From positions 1 through 47,719 of IMG/VR virus record IMGVR_UViG_3300031454_000010: a stretch of DNA of 47,719 nucleotides. The stretch is one strand, 5' to 3'. The stretch comes from a virus (Duplodnaviria > Caudoviricetes). The notes beneath the pieces are model-generated. The model saw nothing but the letters and a program-made list of their open reading frames with translations, was not told where the DNA came from and ran no database searches. Of this stretch, positions 47,102-47,719 are shown piece after piece (the first letter of the stretch is position 1; each line of letters opens with the position of its first letter). A program made the position numbers and the translations under genes.

Positions 47102-47295
47102 CGCGTCACCCCCGTGTCGTCGCCGAGCCAGCGCGAGCAGCGCGGCCCGTCCGGGTCGGGGTACAGCGAGGCGATATAGGCCGGGGACGCCTGTTCCGGG
47201 TGCGCTTCAAGCCAGTGCCACGCGGCGAGGATGTCCCGAACGATCCGGCGCTGCCCGGCGGCCCCGGTCATCAGCGCCCGCTCCTGGCTCGTCAT
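47095..47295 (-). CDS. 66-aa hypothetical protein (duplicated gene)
   Basis: GAGG RBS; MTSQERALM...GVTRC*. Confidence 0.6.
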   Translation of the reverse strand: MTSQERALMTGAAGQRRIVRDILAAWHWLEAHPEQASPAYIASLYPDPDGPRCSRWLGDDTGVTRC

Positions 47296-47719
47296 CGCGC
47301 CACCTCGTAGAGCAGCAGCCACGCCCGCTCCCCGCCTTGCAGATAGACACCCGAGACCCCGACTCCGGGCACCGCCAACCACATCGGCCCGGTCAGTGGG
47401 ATCGCCTCCGGCGCGAGCGAGGCGGAGACGAAGCGCACGCCCATGTCGTCGCACATCTCGCGCAGTTCTTGTCGGTCCTCGTCGTCCCCGTCCGTCCATG
47501 ACGCCCACATGACGTGCGCGTGCCGGTCGCCCCGGCAGTAGGCGTTGCAGCCAAGCGCGGCATGCCGCGCCTCTAGCGGCGAGCGCGTCGTCAGCATCGC
47601 GTCACCCCCGTGTCGTCGCCGAGCCAGCGCGAGCAGCGCGGCCCGTCCGGGTCGGGGTACAGCGAGGCGATATAGGCCGGGGACGCCTGTTCCGGGTGCG
47701 CTTCAAGCCAGTGCCACGC
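47097..47719. repeat. Exact direct repeat, at least 127 bp, 496-bp spacing
   Basis: 47097-47223 is identical to 47593-47719 (window end). Confidence 0.92.
47292..47597 (-). CDS. Hypothetical protein
   Basis: Coupled on both sides. Confidence 0.6.
   Translation of the reverse strand: MLTTRSPLEARHAALGCNAYCRGDRHAHVMWASWTDGDDEDRQELREMCDDMGVRFVSASLAPEAIPLTGPMWLAVPGVGVSGVYLQGGERAWLLLYEVAR

Larger units (their letters stand above)
5640..47719 (-). mobile_element. Siphovirus-like prophage (incomplete; integrase end outside window)
   Basis: Collinear replication, terminase, portal, protease, capsid, tail, tape measure and lysis genes; no tail sheath gene seen. Confidence 0.95.

Noticed and set aside
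47097-47719. Possible CRISPR array or DGR template/variable repeat pair
   Set aside because: Only two long identical copies; no adenine-specific mismatches, reverse transcriptase or cas genes in the window.

Overview
High-GC bacterial window. Bases 1-5640 are host or island DNA: the end of an IS701-like element that cuts a gene, a TIR-like (CAP12/Pycsar-type) gene split by a complete DDE IS with 18-bp inverted repeats and a 5-bp target duplication, a frameshifted gamma-glutamyltransferase, and the first 28 codons of a mandelate racemase/enolase-superfamily gene. A siphovirus-like prophage begins there and fills the rest of the window (~42 kb, almost all minus strand). In phage reading order it carries recombination/replication genes (RecT-like, methyltransferase, initiator, primase-helicase, RusA-like), packaging and head genes, tail genes (including a -1 frameshift chaperone and tape measure) and an expanded lysis module. 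The integrase/immunity end is outside the window. Two features stand out. First, all four HNH endonuclease genes sit between a relic copy and a recoded working copy of a neighbouring gene's terminus, suggesting self-repairing gene-end-replacement insertions. Second, the lysis module contains a membrane-anchored FixL-like PAS protein with no output domain, an unannotated secreted CxxC peptide, a nuclease, and LuxR and XRE HTH genes, the last in frame with the endolysin. All calls come from reading motifs by eye; no database searches were run.
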